From an uncultured Ruminococcus sp. (GTDB lineage Bacteria; Bacillota; Clostridia; Oscillospirales; CAG-272), in NCBI GenBank assembly GCA_902761695.1, contig CACWLT010000002.1:13210-61834 (forward strand): a stretch of DNA of 48,625 nt, written 5' to 3'. Below, in pieces: positions 1 to 9,123 of the stretch (position 1 is its first letter; each line of letters starts with the position of its first letter). Below the pieces are notes generated by a model. That model saw nothing but the letters and a program-made list of their open reading frames with translations. It did no database searches and was not told where the DNA came from. A program made the position numbers and the translations under genes.

Positions 1-580
1 TGAGGACGATGGCATAGAAGGTGCAGTCCTCCCCCTCCACCGCCACCATGCCGTGGGGCGTGCCGCTGTCGTAGTAAATGCTGTCGCCTTCCCGGAGGAT
101 CTCCTTGTGGCTGCCCACCTGGACCTTCAGGGCGCCCTTGATGACGATGTCGATCTCCTGGCCCTCGTGGGTGGTCAGCTCGATATCGCGACGCTCCGCA
201 CCGGGGGTGTATTCCGCCACCACGTACAGGGGCTCGGAGATCCTGTTCCGGAAGGATCCGGCCAGGGAGTGGTAGGTCATGCCGTGGGCCTTTTCGATGA
301 TCTGCCCCTGTCCCTTGCGGGTGACGGTGTGGCCGACCAGGGTGGGGGACGTGCCTTCGATGATGTCGGTCACGTCCACGCCCAGAGCCAGGGCGCAGCG
401 GTAAATGAAGGCGAAGGTCAGGTTCCGCTCGCCCCGTTCGCAGCTCCGGTATTCCTCCACGGAAACGTCGGTTTTCTGCGCCATTTCCTCCTCGGTGTAG
501 CCTTCGATGGCGCGCAGCTCGGCAATCCGGGCCGCCATGCCGCGGATCTGGTATTCCAGTCCGGTGAGATTGGTCTGCAT
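1..580 (-). CDS. XRE-family HTH + cupin domain protein, runs off the window edge (3' partial)
   Basis: Not in the ORF track. My translation from ATG 580 (AAGGAGG upstream) is MQTNLTGLEYQIRGMAARIAELRAIEGYTEEEMAQKTDVSVEEYRSCERGERNLTF... (HTH), then cupin motifs TTHEGQEIDIV and EGDSIYYDSGTPHGM. No stop before base 1. Confidence 0.88.
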   Translation of the reverse strand, partial: MQTNLTGLEYQIRGMAARIAELRAIEGYTEEEMAQKTDVSVEEYRSCERGERNLTFAFIYRCALALGVDVTDIIEGTSPTLVGHTVTRKGQGQIIEKAHGMTYHSLAGSFRNRISEPLYVVAEYTPGAERRDIELTTHEGQEIDIVIKGALKVQVGSHKEILREGDSIYYDSGTPHGMVAVEGEDCTFYAIVL

Positions 581-623
581 GGTGCTCTTCCTCCTTGTGG
601 ACAATCAGGGGCAGTGGGGGGAT

Positions 624-937
624 AAAAAAACCGCCCCAAAGACCAAAATGATGCTTTGAGACGGACAAAATGCGCTGTTGTCCGCGGTACCACTCAAATT
701 GCGCCGAACCCTCCCCGGGTGAGACGCCCCTCAGGCTCCTTCAAGCCTTAGACCTTTACGCAGCCGTCACGGGAGGATTCTACTGACGGGATCCGTTTCC
801 GGTCCGCTTTCTTTCCTCCGGCTTGGGAGCTACAGCGCGCTGTTCTTCGTCAACGGCTTCCACCGCGGCGTCTTTTCATTACGCCGGCCGTTTTCTCTGG
901 GACAAAGGCTCCAGCCGCCCTCTCCGTCATTGCCATT
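624..937 (-). promoter_or_regulatory. T-box riboswitch leader with intrinsic terminator
   Basis: Minus strand shows the T-box AATTTGAGTGGTACCGCG (700-683), stem I AGAGA and GGTG motifs, and terminator CCGTCTCAAAG..CTTTGGGGCGG-T7 (664-624). Confidence 0.88.
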
Positions 938-2476
938 ACGGATATTATAACGCGCCCGCGCCGATTTGTCAAGAGGGATGAGGGGATTTTTTTTTTTTTT
1001 TAGCTTCCGGCGCTCCTCGGCCTCCGCCTGCATCTCCTCCACGGTCTTTTCGTGGATCTTTGCCGCGCCGGCGTCGTTCCGGTGCTTCGTGATGAACGTG
1101 CCGTCCGCCTTGCGCTGTTCCATGCGGGCCTTCGCCTTTTCGATCTCCTCCGCGTACTGGGGCAGCCACTCGGCCTCCTCGATGAGGTATTCGTCCACCA
1201 TCTGGTCGATTTCCGGGGTGGTCAGCAGCGCGCCGGTCAGGGGATCCATCATCATGGCCTGAACCAGCAGCTTCCGGTCGCCCGCCACCGCCGCCTCCAC
1301 CGACAGCCGCTGAACCCAGGAGGACTGGGAGCATACCGCCGCGCAGCCGAGAGGCAGGTCCCCCACCTTCGGGATGCTGATGCCGTTTCTGTCCACGTAG
1401 CCGGGAACCTCCACCACGCATTCATAGGGCAGGTTGGTGATGGTGCCCTGGTTCATGACGTTGAAGTGGCCCCGGTAGGTCCGGCCCGTCTCCAGCGCTT
1501 CTATAATGTAGGATCCGTGCTCCTGGGACCGCTGCTCGGGGACGAATTTGTTTGCCGGAGCCGCCAGCCAGTTGGGAAAGTCCGTCTCGAACCAGTTCCG
1601 TCCCTCCCGGCAGACCCGGAGGTAGCCGCCGGTTTCGCCGTTGGACCAGCCGCCCGCGTGATCCAGCCACTTGTTGATCTCCTCGGGGTTCTTCCGGTAC
1701 CAGGCCACGTACTCGGAGAGATGGCCGTTGGACTCGGTGGAGTAATAGCCGAAGCGCTTCAGCATGTCGATGCGGACCTTTTCGGTCTTAGACAGCCATT
1801 CGTTTTTCTCGTAGGCCGGAAGGATCTTGTCCGTCAGGTCCTCGCCCTCGTGGGAGACTTTGATGTACCAGGTCTGGTGGTTCAGCCCGGCAGCGGTGAT
1901 GTCCACCTCGCTCTGCCTGTACCCCAGAGCGCCGGCGATCTGCGCGTGCCCGCCCTGGACGCCGTGGCAGAGACCGACCGTCTGTACATGGCCGTACTTG
2001 TTGGCCGCCCAGGTCATCATGGCGCAGGGATTGGAATAGGAAAGAAGAATGCACCCGGGCGCGGCCACCTCGCGGATGTCCTTACAGAAGTCCAGGATCT
2101 GGGGGATCCCGCGCTGGCCGTACATGATGCCGCCGGCCGCCAGGGTGTCGCCCACGCACTGGTCCACGCCGTAGCGCAGCGCCACCTCGATGTCCTTTTC
2201 GAAGGCTTCCAGCATGCCGACGCGGACGGCGTTGATGACGTACTTCGCGCCGCGGAAGGCTTCGCTGCGGTCCAGGGTGGGGTGGAGTTTGATGTTCAGG
2301 CCGTTTTCGTCGATGTCCCGCTGGCAGAGCCGATAGACCATGTCCAGATTCTGCGGGTTGATGTCCATGAAGGACACCTCGATGTCGTGAAATTCCGGGA
2401 CGGTGAGCAGGTCGGAGAGCAGACGGCGGGTGAAGCCCACGCTGCCCGCGCCGATGAAGGCTATCTTGAAGCTCAT
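830..2476 (-). CDS. melA: GH4 NAD+/Mn2+-dependent alpha-galactosidase/glucosidase; true 3' end probably near 970-1000
   Basis: KIAFIGAGSVGF Rossmann start, QCVGDT, YSNP, GLCHG, AGLNHQ, STESNGHLSEY motifs. The tail after a 15-nt homopolymer overlaps the next promoter and the T-box. Confidence 0.88.
   Translation of the reverse strand: MSFKIAFIGAGSVGFTRRLLSDLLTVPEFHDIEVSFMDINPQNLDMVYRLCQRDIDENGLNIKLHPTLDRSEAFRGAKYVINAVRVGMLEAFEKDIEVALRYGVDQCVGDTLAAGGIMYGQRGIPQILDFCKDIREVAAPGCILLSYSNPCAMMTWAANKYGHVQTVGLCHGVQGGHAQIAGALGYRQSEVDITAAGLNHQTWYIKVSHEGEDLTDKILPAYEKNEWLSKTEKVRIDMLKRFGYYSTESNGHLSEYVAWYRKNPEEINKWLDHAGGWSNGETGGYLRVCREGRNWFETDFPNWLAAPANKFVPEQRSQEHGSYIIEALETGRTYRGHFNVMNQGTITNLPYECVVEVPGYVDRNGISIPKVGDLPLGCAAVCSQSSWVQRLSVEAAVAGDRKLLVQAMMMDPLTGALLTTPEIDQMVDEYLIEEAEWLPQYAEEIEKAKARMEQRKADGTFITKHRNDAGAAKIHEKTVEEMQAEAEERRKLKKKKNPLIPLDKSARARYNIRNGNDGEGGWSLCPRENGRRNEKTPRWKPLTKNSAL
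944..972 (-). promoter_or_regulatory. sigmaA promoter of the T-box leader
   Basis: TTGACA-17 nt-TATAAT, perfect consensus. Confidence 0.85.
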
Positions 2477-2741
2477 GGGAAGTCTCCTTTTCTGTGTTGA
2501 CTCAGGGAGCCATTGTCACCATTATATCACATCCGGTTCGGAGAAGGAAGTCTTCCGGCGGCTTTTTTCACATTTCCCCCGGATTCTGACGGGAAAACGC
2601 CAGCCCGATTTCCGGGAACCGTCACAAAGCCGCCCTTTGGCCGTCAGAATGGCCCGGTATAATAACAGCCATCAACAGAAAACAACCCCGGACCCACAGA
2701 GAGCCGGGATGAGCGGAACACCCGCTGAAAGGATACGGGCC

Positions 2742-4007
2742 ATGAAAAACATCAACAGAAAGATTATCGTCTCCCTGATCGCCGGAGCCATGCTCCTCGC
2801 CTCCGCCACCGCCGTTTCGGCTGCCGCTGTAAACGGGTACGCCGCCCGGTCCTTCTCCGGAATGCAGAACCAGACGCAGACGGGCGGCTTCGCTGGCGGC
2901 ATGACGGCCTACACCGCCAAGACAAACGCGCTCTCCTACTCCGATCTCACCGGCGGCATCGTCACCTCCGACGAGCTCTTCTCCAAGCGGGATCTGAAGC
3001 AGACTGCGGATCTGGAGGAAGCGAAGAGCATTACCGCCGTGAGCGGAAAGACCGTCACCATCACCGAGGAAGGCGTCTACGTCCTCAGCGGCACGGCGGA
3101 AAACTTCACCGTGAAGATCGAGGCCGACAAGGAAGCCAAGATTCAGCTGGTGCTGGACGGCGTCAGCGTCACCAACAGCGATTTTCCTGTAATCTACGTG
3201 GTCTCGGCCGACAAGGTCTTCGTCACCACGACCGCGGGCAGTGAAAACGCCCTGTCCGTCACCGGAACCTTCAAAGCTGACGGCGAAACCAACACCGACG
3301 CCGTGATTTACTCGAAGGAAGACCTGGTTCTGAACGGCAAGGGCAGCCTCACCGTCACCTCCGCCAAGGGCAACGGCATCACGTCGAAGGACGATCTCAA
3401 GATCACGGGCGGCACGCTGAAGGTTACGGCACAGCTCGACGCGCTGGAGGCCAACGACTCCATCGTGATCTCCGACGGGGACATCACCGTCAATGCAAAG
3501 AAGGACGGCCTCCACGCGGAGAATGACGACGACGACAGCCTGGGCTATATCTGGATCGGCGGCGGGAAGCTGACCGTCACGGCATCCGACGACGCCGTCC
3601 ACGGCACCTCCTTCGTCCAGATCGACGGCGGCGAGATCACCGTCACCGGTTCGGAAGGCATCGAGGGCACCTACGTGCAGATCAACGGCGGCGAGATCAC
3701 GGTCACCGGCACGGACGACGGCCTCAACGGGGCCAACAAGAGCTCCGCTTACGAGACGGCCATTGAGATCGCGGGCGGCACGCTGAATGTGACCGTCGGT
3801 CAGGGCGACACGGACGCCATAGACTCCAACGGCAACCTCTACGTCACGGGCGGCACGGTCAATATCACCGCGCAGATGTCCTCCTTCGACTACGACGGCA
3901 CGGCGACCTGCACCGGCGGCACGATTATCGTCAACGGCCAGACCGTGAACAGCATCACCAGCTCGATGATGGGCGGCGGCATGGGCGGCTTCGGCGGACG
4001 GCGGTGA
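2742..4007 (+). CDS. Secreted Cthe_2159-like (DUF4353) beta-helix carbohydrate-binding-domain protein
   Basis: Signal peptide MKNINRKIIVSLIAGAMLLASA; TITEEGVYVLSG, AVIYSKEDLVLNGKG, repeated I-x-GG-x-I-x-V, DAIDSNG; Met/Gly tail. Confidence 0.8.
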   Translation: MKNINRKIIVSLIAGAMLLASATAVSAAAVNGYAARSFSGMQNQTQTGGFAGGMTAYTAKTNALSYSDLTGGIVTSDELFSKRDLKQTADLEEAKSITAVSGKTVTITEEGVYVLSGTAENFTVKIEADKEAKIQLVLDGVSVTNSDFPVIYVVSADKVFVTTTAGSENALSVTGTFKADGETNTDAVIYSKEDLVLNGKGSLTVTSAKGNGITSKDDLKITGGTLKVTAQLDALEANDSIVISDGDITVNAKKDGLHAENDDDDSLGYIWIGGGKLTVTASDDAVHGTSFVQIDGGEITVTGSEGIEGTYVQINGGEITVTGTDDGLNGANKSSAYETAIEIAGGTLNVTVGQGDTDAIDSNGNLYVTGGTVNITAQMSSFDYDGTATCTGGTIIVNGQTVNSITSSMMGGGMGGFGGRR

Positions 4008-4065
4008 GGAAAAGAACCGTCTGGGAGCCAGCCCTGCGAGGCAGAATGATCGGAACAGCTTATAC

Positions 4066-4122
4066 GGGACCGGCGCGCTTCTCCTGCTTTCGGGGGAGGA
4101 CGCGGCGGTCCTTTTCCGTTTT
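4066..4122 (+). terminator. Probable intrinsic terminator
   Basis: GC-rich imperfect hairpin GGACCG..CGGTCC followed by T runs. Confidence 0.5.
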
Positions 4123-4173
4123 CACCAATGTTTTGCCGGGGATGGGGAGGAATATTTGTTTCAGAAAAATCAA

Positions 4174-4221
4174 AAGGTACCTTGATAAATCGGCGGCAGG
4201 GTGGTATAATCAAGGTACCTT
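4174..4221 (+). promoter_or_regulatory. sigmaA promoter flanked by two AAGGTACCTT palindromes (probable MarR operators)
   Basis: TTGATA(4182)-17 nt-TATAAT(4205); palindromes at 4174-4183 and 4212-4221. Confidence 0.75.
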
Positions 4222-4245
4222 AAGATAATAAGACGGAGGAGTACT

Positions 4246-5136
4246 ATGGAATTCACGGAAAACAAGAAAACCTGTCCCGGATGCGGGAGACACTGCGAAC
4301 TGAGCGAGCCCGGCTGCGAAAGAGGAAGTGTATATGCCGAAACCGGCGCGCTGCCGGAGAGGGAGCACCGGGACCATCCCGAAGACCTTGGCGCGGAGGG
4401 CGGTCCCCGTCACGAATCCCGGCGCGGCTTCCGGGAGCGTCACGGCAATCCCGGGCGCGGCTTCGGACACGGTCCGGAACGTCCGGGCGAAGAGAATCCC
4501 GAAGAGAATCCCGGACGGCATCCCGAATGGGGGAACGCGATGGAGGCCGGAGAGGGGATCGGACGCGGTCCCGGGCGCGATTTCGGTCACGATCCCGAAC
4601 ACGGACGCGGTCCCGGAAGAGGACACGGACGGCGGGCGTTTCCGGGAGACGGCGATCCTGCGGAAGGAGGCGGTCCCCGAGGCCGTCACGGAGGAGAACG
4701 CTTCGAGATTCCGGAGGACGGGGACGGCAGGCTGGCCTTCATGCTCCGTTCCGTCGGCCGCATGATGCGCATGCGGTTTGACGAGCGGGAGGGGCAGCGC
4801 CGGATCCTGGTCATGCTGAACGACGGTCCCCTCACCCAGCGGGATCTGACGGAGCGGCTGGGGATTCAGCCCGGTTCCGCCAGCGAGATCGTCAGCAAGC
4901 TGGAGGGCAGCGGACTTATCACCCGCACCCCCAATCCCCGGGACCGCCGGACCATGGATGTTCAGCTGACGGAGAGCGGCCGGGAGGAAGCGGTCCGGGC
5001 CGAGGCGGAACGGCGCGAACGGCGTGCGGAGCTGTTCTCCTGCCTGAGCGAGGAGGAAAAAACCACGCTGACCGGCCTTCTGGAGAAGCTCCGGGAGTCC
5101 TGGGAAGGAACGGGAAACGGCGGGAATCCGCAATAA
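4246..5136 (+). CDS. MarR-family regulator with N-terminal Cys motif and Gly/Arg/His-rich linker
   Basis: C-terminal wHTH LTQRDLTERLGIQPGSASEIVSKLE...DRRTMDVQLTESG; N-terminal CPGCGRHC-x6-C; GGAGG RBS. Confidence 0.85.
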   Translation: MEFTENKKTCPGCGRHCELSEPGCERGSVYAETGALPEREHRDHPEDLGAEGGPRHESRRGFRERHGNPGRGFGHGPERPGEENPEENPGRHPEWGNAMEAGEGIGRGPGRDFGHDPEHGRGPGRGHGRRAFPGDGDPAEGGGPRGRHGGERFEIPEDGDGRLAFMLRSVGRMMRMRFDEREGQRRILVMLNDGPLTQRDLTERLGIQPGSASEIVSKLEGSGLITRTPNPRDRRTMDVQLTESGREEAVRAEAERRERRAELFSCLSEEEKTTLTGLLEKLRESWEGTGNGGNPQ

Positions 5137-5211
5137 GCACGGATCCCGCGACAAACAAAAGGCTGCCGCGTTTCTCCGGAGACGGAGATGAAGCATCAGT
5201 CCCATACAGCC

Positions 5212-5252
5212 GGAGCGGTCATGCGGTGAAGCATCGCGGGCCGCTCTTTTTT
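5212..5252 (+). terminator. Probable intrinsic terminator after marR
   Basis: GGAGCGGTC..GGCCGCTCT stem followed by a T run. Confidence 0.6.
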
Positions 5253-5360
5253 CCGCGCGGGCGGGCTTTATGTAGATTTGTTCACACGCGGGATGGTATA
5301 ATTGAATAAAGACATTGAAAATAAAAAACGGACAAAACGGTCCGGAAAGAGAGGCAGGCT

Positions 5361-6236
5361 ATGATCAGACGCGCGCTGGGCAGAACCGGATACGACATAT
5401 CCGCAGTGGTTTACGGCGGCATCGTCTCCATGAACGACGGACAGGAGAACTCCGACCGCTATGTGGCGTGGGCCGTGGAGCAGGGGGTGAACTACTTCGA
5501 CGTCGCGCCCTCCTACGGCGACGCGCAGGAAAAGCTGGGGAACTCCCTGATTCCCTGCCGGAAGGATATTTACCTGGCCTGCAAGACCGGGCAGAGGATG
5601 CGGCGGGAGGCGGAGGAGGAGATGAAGCGCTCCCTCACCATGCTTCACACCGACTATTTCGACGTCTATCAGATGCACGGGATCTCCTCCATGGAGGACG
5701 TGGACAGGGCGTTCGGACCCGGGGGCGTCATGGAGCTCATGCGGGAGATGAAGGAAAAGGGGATCGCCCGGAAAATCGGCATCACGGCCCACTCCGAGGA
5801 CGCGGCGCTGAAATGTCTGGAACTCTATGACTTCGACACGGTGCTCTTCCCCTTCAACTGGCACATGTTCATGGCCCACGGCATGGGGAAGCGGCTTCTG
5901 CAGACGGCGAAGGAACGGGGAATCGGCCTGCTCTGCATGAAGTCCATGATCGAGCGGGCCTGGATGGACGAGGCGGAAAAGCAGGCGTCGGGGTATCCGA
6001 AATCCTGGTGCAGGCCCTTTGACACCGGGACGCAGGCGGACCTTCTGACGGCGGCGGTGAAGTTCGCCTATTCTCTCGGAGTGGACGCCGTGGTCCCGCC
6101 CGGAAACTTCGACCACTTCTCCTTCGCGGTGAAGCACTGCGGGGAGATCCTGGCCCATCCCCTGGATGACATGGACCGGGCTCTGCTGGAGGCGCATCTG
6201 GAGAAGGTGAAGGATCACCCGTTCTTCGGGGTGTGA
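5361..6236 (+). CDS. Aldo/keto reductase
   Basis: RRALGRTG, GVNYFDVAPSYG, LACKT, LHTDYFDVYQMH, IGITAH. Confidence 0.9.
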   Translation: MIRRALGRTGYDISAVVYGGIVSMNDGQENSDRYVAWAVEQGVNYFDVAPSYGDAQEKLGNSLIPCRKDIYLACKTGQRMRREAEEEMKRSLTMLHTDYFDVYQMHGISSMEDVDRAFGPGGVMELMREMKEKGIARKIGITAHSEDAALKCLELYDFDTVLFPFNWHMFMAHGMGKRLLQTAKERGIGLLCMKSMIERAWMDEAEKQASGYPKSWCRPFDTGTQADLLTAAVKFAYSLGVDAVVPPGNFDHFSFAVKHCGEILAHPLDDMDRALLEAHLEKVKDHPFFGV

Positions 6237-6342
6237 CCGGGGCTCGCGGGGGGCGCTTTCAGAAAAGAATCACATTTTCGTGACACGGACACCACGAAAA
6301 GCGGCTATAATACTGCCATCCCACGGAAAGGCAGATTCCCCC

Positions 6343-8214
6343 ATGAAAAAGAAAGCTCCCATCAGACAGATCACCGCGCTGCTTCTCGGCACCCTTCTTC
6401 TCTCCTCCTGCGGAAGCGGCGTGACGGAAGAACAGGAACGGCAGATCGTATCCGCAAAAGCCGGCAATTCCGCCTCTTACGCGGTGATTTCCGCTTATCG
6501 CGCGTCCCCGGCGGCACAGGCCCAGGTCACGGACACCTCGGCGGATGCGGACTATTATCCGGCGGTCAGCTATTCGGACTTCGATCTGGACGAATCCGCC
6601 GAGGGCGCGGTGAAGATCGCCCTGAACGGGACCGGCGCGGACTTTGCCTCCGACGCGGTGACCCTCGGGGACGGCGTTCTGACGATCGGGGCGGCGGGGA
6701 GTTATCTTCTCACGGGCGATTTCGCCGGGCAGATCCGGGTGGAGGCGGCGCGGGAGGACAACGTGCACCTGATTTTCGCCGGTCTGACCGTGGAATGCGC
6801 CATGGCCCCCCTCTGCGCGGTGTCCGCGAAAAACGTCTCCGTCACCCTGGCCCCGGGAACGGAGAACACCCTGACGGACGGGGCGGACTACACCTTCGCC
6901 GAGGGGGAGGACGAACCGGACGCGGCGATGTATTCCAAAACCGACCTGACGATCAACGGCTCCGGGGCCCTCACGGTGAACGGGAACTACAAAAACGGCA
7001 TCGTATCGAAGGACGATCTGATCATACTCGGCGGCACCATCACCGTGAACGCTGTCTATAACGGCATCAAGGGCAAGGACAGCCTGACGGTGGGCGGCGG
7101 CATCCTGAACGTGACGGCGGGCAACGACGGGATCAAATCCAGCAACGACGAGGACAGCGGCCGGGGCTGGGTGGTGATCGAGGACGGCGAGATTTCGATC
7201 CGGGCCGGAGACGACGCCGTGCACGCGGAAACCTGGCTCATCATCACCGGCGGCACCGTCCGCGTTGCCGAAAGCTGCGAGGGGCTGGAGGGCAGGCGCG
7301 TCGAGATCTACGGCGGGGATATCGAGGTGGTGTCCTCCGACGACGCCGTCAACGCCGCATTCGGAAGCGCTGCCGGGGATGACTTCGGCAGGGGGGGAGG
7401 AAAACAGGACGGCGGGGATTTCGTCGGAAAGAACGGCGGCTTCGGCGGACGGAGCGGGGAAGACGGCGAAGCGGGCGGTCAGAACGACTGGGCGTCCGGC
7501 GTGAATCCCGGCATGGGCCGCGGCGGAAACCGGGACGGCCGGGGAGACATGACCGGGGGAGCGGACGGGGGAATGCCCGAAGGCTTTGACGGAGAGATGC
7601 CCGAAGGAATGGCGCCTCCGGACGGGTTCGGCGGAGAGATGCCCGGGGATCCCGGCGGGGAAGATACCTTCGCGCGGGAGGACGCCCAGAGCGGCTTCGG
7701 AAGAGGCGGCAAGGGCGGCGGCATGATGGGCGGCATGGGCATGATGAACGAGGAGCCCGAGGAGGGGGTCTACATCCTCATGGCGGGCGGAACGCTCCGG
7801 GCTCAGGGCGGCAACGACATCATCGACTCCAACGGCACCTTTGAGCAGACGGGGGGCGTGATTGTGACGGCGGGACCCTCCATGACGGTGTACGGTGAAC
7901 CGGACGGCGTAATCGACACCAACGGGACTATGGCCCTGACGGGAGGCACCTTCGTCTCCTTCTGCCGGAACGTCGGGAGCGCGCTCACATCCGCCGTTTC
8001 CCTTCCGGGTGTCACAGTCTCCCTGAACGGCGCCGAAACCGTGACGCTGACAGACGGGGCAGGGGAGGTCCTGCTGTCGGCGGCAAACGATACGAAGGCG
8101 TCCTCGGTGCTGCTGATCTCCGACGGGATGACGGCCGGGTTGGAATACGTTCTGGATCTGGACGGCAGCGCGTACCCCTTCACGGCGGAGAACGGCGTTC
8201 AGAGCCTGCGGTAA
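6343..8214 (+). CDS. Cthe_2159-like (DUF4353) lipoprotein with Gly/Met-rich insert
   Basis: Lipobox LSSC; AAMYSKTDLTINGSGAL, GIVSKDDL, IDSNG; long G/M/D/E low-complexity insert. Confidence 0.8.
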   Translation: MKKKAPIRQITALLLGTLLLSSCGSGVTEEQERQIVSAKAGNSASYAVISAYRASPAAQAQVTDTSADADYYPAVSYSDFDLDESAEGAVKIALNGTGADFASDAVTLGDGVLTIGAAGSYLLTGDFAGQIRVEAAREDNVHLIFAGLTVECAMAPLCAVSAKNVSVTLAPGTENTLTDGADYTFAEGEDEPDAAMYSKTDLTINGSGALTVNGNYKNGIVSKDDLIILGGTITVNAVYNGIKGKDSLTVGGGILNVTAGNDGIKSSNDEDSGRGWVVIEDGEISIRAGDDAVHAETWLIITGGTVRVAESCEGLEGRRVEIYGGDIEVVSSDDAVNAAFGSAAGDDFGRGGGKQDGGDFVGKNGGFGGRSGEDGEAGGQNDWASGVNPGMGRGGNRDGRGDMTGGADGGMPEGFDGEMPEGMAPPDGFGGEMPGDPGGEDTFAREDAQSGFGRGGKGGGMMGGMGMMNEEPEEGVYILMAGGTLRAQGGNDIIDSNGTFEQTGGVIVTAGPSMTVYGEPDGVIDTNGTMALTGGTFVSFCRNVGSALTSAVSLPGVTVSLNGAETVTLTDGAGEVLLSAANDTKASSVLLISDGMTAGLEYVLDLDGSAYPFTAENGVQSLR

Positions 8215-8221
8215 ACGAATA

Positions 8222-8281
8222 AAAGCCCCCGCGCATCCGACGGTCGGAGATCCGGAATGCGGCGGGGGCCTGTTGTTTTTT
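8222..8281 (+). terminator. Probable intrinsic terminator
   Basis: GCCCCCCGC..GCGGGGGC stem followed by a T-rich tail. Confidence 0.6.
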
Positions 8282-8341
8282 CAGAGGTACGGAACGGGGC
8301 CTGCGCGGATAACGGAGAAACAAAAACCTGTAAATTCGCTA

Positions 8342-8370
8342 TTGACAAGTCGGCGGTCCTGTGGTATACT
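8342..8370 (+). promoter_or_regulatory. sigmaA promoter
   Basis: TTGACA-17 nt-TATACT with extended TG. Confidence 0.8.
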
Positions 8371-8463
8371 CAACATGTAAACGGATCGATTACAGGAGAG
8401 CGCAATACCCCGCCTCATCCGGAACGGAGCGTCGCACAGGCGGGGAGAAGAAGGAGCAGACAC

Positions 8464-9084
8464 ATGGAAGCCGTGGAATATTTTAGAATTCTGGTGGAGG
8501 AGATCCACACCGCCGTGGTGGCCACCGTGGACGACGAGGGGCTGCCTGTGACCGCCGCCATCGACATGATGGACTTTGACGGGGACGGGGTGTACTTCCT
8601 CACGGCGAAGGGCAAGCGCTTTTACGAGCGGCTGACCGGGCGGGGATATATGGCGCTGACGGCGGTAAAAGGCGCGGACACCATGACGAGCGCGGCCATA
8701 TCGCTGCGGGGGCGGGTGAAGGAGGTCGGGCAGAGCTTTCTCCCCCGGCTGTTCCGGAAGAATCCCTATATGGCGGAAATCTACCCCACGGAGGAATCCC
8801 GGGCCGCGCTGACGGTATTTGCGCTGTACGAGGGGCAGGGGGAGTGGTTCGATCTCTCGAAAAAGCCCATCGAGCGGGCGGCGTTTTCCTTCGGCGGCGA
8901 GGCGGTGCGGGAGGCGGGGTATTTTATAACGGACGCTTGTATCGGCTGCGGGTCCTGCGGCGAGGTCTGCCCCCAGAGCTGCATCGATTTCACCGGAACT
9001 CCGGCCCGGATCGAGGAAGAGCACTGCCTGCGGTGCGGGAACTGCATGTCCGTCTGCCCGGCCGGAGCGGTTGAAAAGCGATAA
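8464..9084 (+). CDS. Pyridoxamine-phosphate-oxidase-like FMN split barrel fused to a 2x[4Fe-4S] ferredoxin
   Basis: VVATVDDEGLP..YFLTAKGKRFY; C-terminal CIGCGSCGEVCP and CLRCGNCMSVCP; AGGAG RBS before ATG 8464. Confidence 0.8.
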   Translation: MEAVEYFRILVEEIHTAVVATVDDEGLPVTAAIDMMDFDGDGVYFLTAKGKRFYERLTGRGYMALTAVKGADTMTSAAISLRGRVKEVGQSFLPRLFRKNPYMAEIYPTEESRAALTVFALYEGQGEWFDLSKKPIERAAFSFGGEAVREAGYFITDACIGCGSCGEVCPQSCIDFTGTPARIEEEHCLRCGNCMSVCPAGAVEKR

Positions 9085-9123
9085 GGGTGGGAAACCCTGT
9101 GCTGTGTAGGAAAGAAGGTACCC

